In this document: positions 63,072-64,000 of the stretch, piece by piece
How the letters are laid out: the number at the start of each line of letters is the position of its first letter
Numbering within the stretch: the first letter of the stretch is position 1
IMG/VR virus record: IMGVR_UViG_3300024261_000009
Coordinates: 53,233-117,232 of that record
Direction: 5' to 3' (one strand)
Length of the DNA stretch: 64,000 nucleotides
From: a virus
The notes under the pieces: model-generated
Told to the model about the DNA's origin: nothing
Seen by the model: only the letters and a program-made list of their open reading frames with translations
The model's database searches: none
Position numbers and translations under genes: made by a program

Positions 63072-63755
63072 TTAAAAATCTCCAAGTACTTCTTTAAGTC
63101 TCACGTCGGAGCCTAGACAGCCGGGTAGGCTTTTAATTGTTCTGTCTCCGTCGTTGTCATAGGGGTAAAAACCAAGGTCACCGTCTCTGTCGAAGGCCCG
63201 TATTGTCACTGCCCCCGAGGACAATGTGCCGTCACGGATTCTTCTACGCGTTCGCATGTCAAGGCACTCTGAATGGCTGCTTAGAACTACAGGAGTCTTG
63301 TAAGTTGAGTTAGCAAAGACAGAATCCATTAACGACATCTGTACTCCAGGATTAAGACAGTACTCCGGGCAGATAATAAGAAGCCCCACTCCAGTAGTCC
63401 TCATCTGTAGCAGGGAATCTATTACAGGTATTATGCCCCTAAGACCCGACCCGTCAGACAGGGGAGTATGGGGGCAAACAAAGTCATCTCGCGTAAACTG
63501 AGAGATAGAGAGCTCACCGTTTATGTTTGTTCGGTACATCTCTTCTAAAACAGCATGGGCCCTCTCGTAATGGTCAGGCCCGAAGTAAGGGTTCTTGTTG
63601 TAGTCTCGGTAAGCTCCAATAAGCTTCAGGCCAAGTTGTTTAGCCAAATCCTGACAGTAGTTGTCTTTGTCTGGCGTCATGTTATTGCCGAACACAAGAC
63701 CCACTTTAGCAGGCGGATGACCAAACCTCTCCTCATGACATAGGAAATCAATCAT
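63072..63755 (-). CDS. Degenerate, shortened ABC-ATPase of the AAA_21/DUF3696 type
   Basis: DGSGLRGIIPVI (signature region), LLIICPEYCLNP..Q (Walker B/D-loop remnant), VLSSHS (H-loop), RRRIRDGTLS...V; Walker A lacks GK[ST]. Confidence 0.6.
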   Translation of the reverse strand: MIDFLCHEERFGHPPAKVGLVFGNNMTPDKDNYCQDLAKQLGLKLIGAYRDYNKNPYFGPDHYERAHAVLEEMYRTNINGELSISQFTRDDFVCPHTPLSDGSGLRGIIPVIDSLLQMRTTGVGLLIICPEYCLNPGVQMSLMDSVFANSTYKTPVVLSSHSECLDMRTRRRIRDGTLSSGAVTIRAFDRDGDLGFYPYDNDGDRTIKSLPGCLGSDVRLKEVLGDF

Positions 63756-63963
63756 TCAGTGGTTCTGGACGTGGAAGCTCAGAATCCACTATTAGGAATA
63801 GCCGCATACGTGCTTCCCCTTTCAGTTTCACAAGGGACTCCTCGTCCAAGTAGACCAGTTGACTGCAGTCATTATGAAGACAGACGGAGTCAACAACCGA
63901 GTCTCCCGAACGAGTACGGTTCATAAGAGCAGTTACATCGCCCTCAACGATAAACCCGTCCAT
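63748..63963 (-). CDS. Hypothetical protein (71 aa)
   Basis: ATG start; overlaps the next gene start. Confidence 0.5.
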   Translation of the reverse strand: MDGFIVEGDVTALMNRTRSGDSVVDSVCLHNDCSQLVYLDEESLVKLKGEARMRLFLIVDSELPRPEPLND

Positions 63964-64000
63964 CTCATACAGTTCAGTTTTAGGGAAAACTCGAGAGTCA

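Noticed and set aside
1-64000. Eukaryotic giant virus (suggested by SET, SNF2, H3-like peptide, RNAP)
   Set aside because: Shine-Dalgarno sites, overlapping operons, portal/HK97 capsid/sheath/tube, bacterial-type beta/beta' motifs and lipoprotein signals all indicate a bacteriophage.
1-64000. Stop-codon reassignment (TAG is a frequent stop)
   Set aside because: Conserved proteins (RNAP, sheath, portal) are full-length in the standard code and TAG stops abut the next starts.

Overview
The window is a fragment of a large tailed dsDNA phage genome (contractile-tailed, myovirus-like Caudoviricetes). It is not host chromosome and not a eukaryotic giant virus: genes have Shine-Dalgarno sites, and there is a portal, an assemblin/HK97-type prohead protease, a major capsid protein, neck proteins, a tail sheath, a tube and a spike. 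Positions 847-41184 form one plus-strand morphogenesis block. A phage-encoded multi-subunit RNA polymerase is embedded in it, as a beta/beta'-N fusion plus a separate beta'-C gene. About 20 head-module proteins are studded with a K-x-A motif that looks like a prohead-protease cleavage code. Positions 41181-64000 are mostly minus-strand early/accessory genes: DEDDh exonuclease, SSB, lytic transglycosylase, pyrimidine-dimer glycosylase-like protein, pentapeptide-repeat protein, ART-like protein, SET-domain protein, a dead ABC-ATPase homolog and tRNA-CAU. A plus-strand island there encodes exported proteins, including a myxobacterial-type Cys-repeat/vWA lipoprotein that points to a Myxococcota-like host. 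Several short genes missed by the ORF track were found by hand: an Hc1 histone-like protein, a 44-aa peptide resembling the histone H3 tail, and a 24-aa basic peptide. A SNF2 helicase runs off the left edge. No terminase, tape-measure or classical baseplate wedge gene is recognisable here. All family calls come from motif recognition; no database searches were run.
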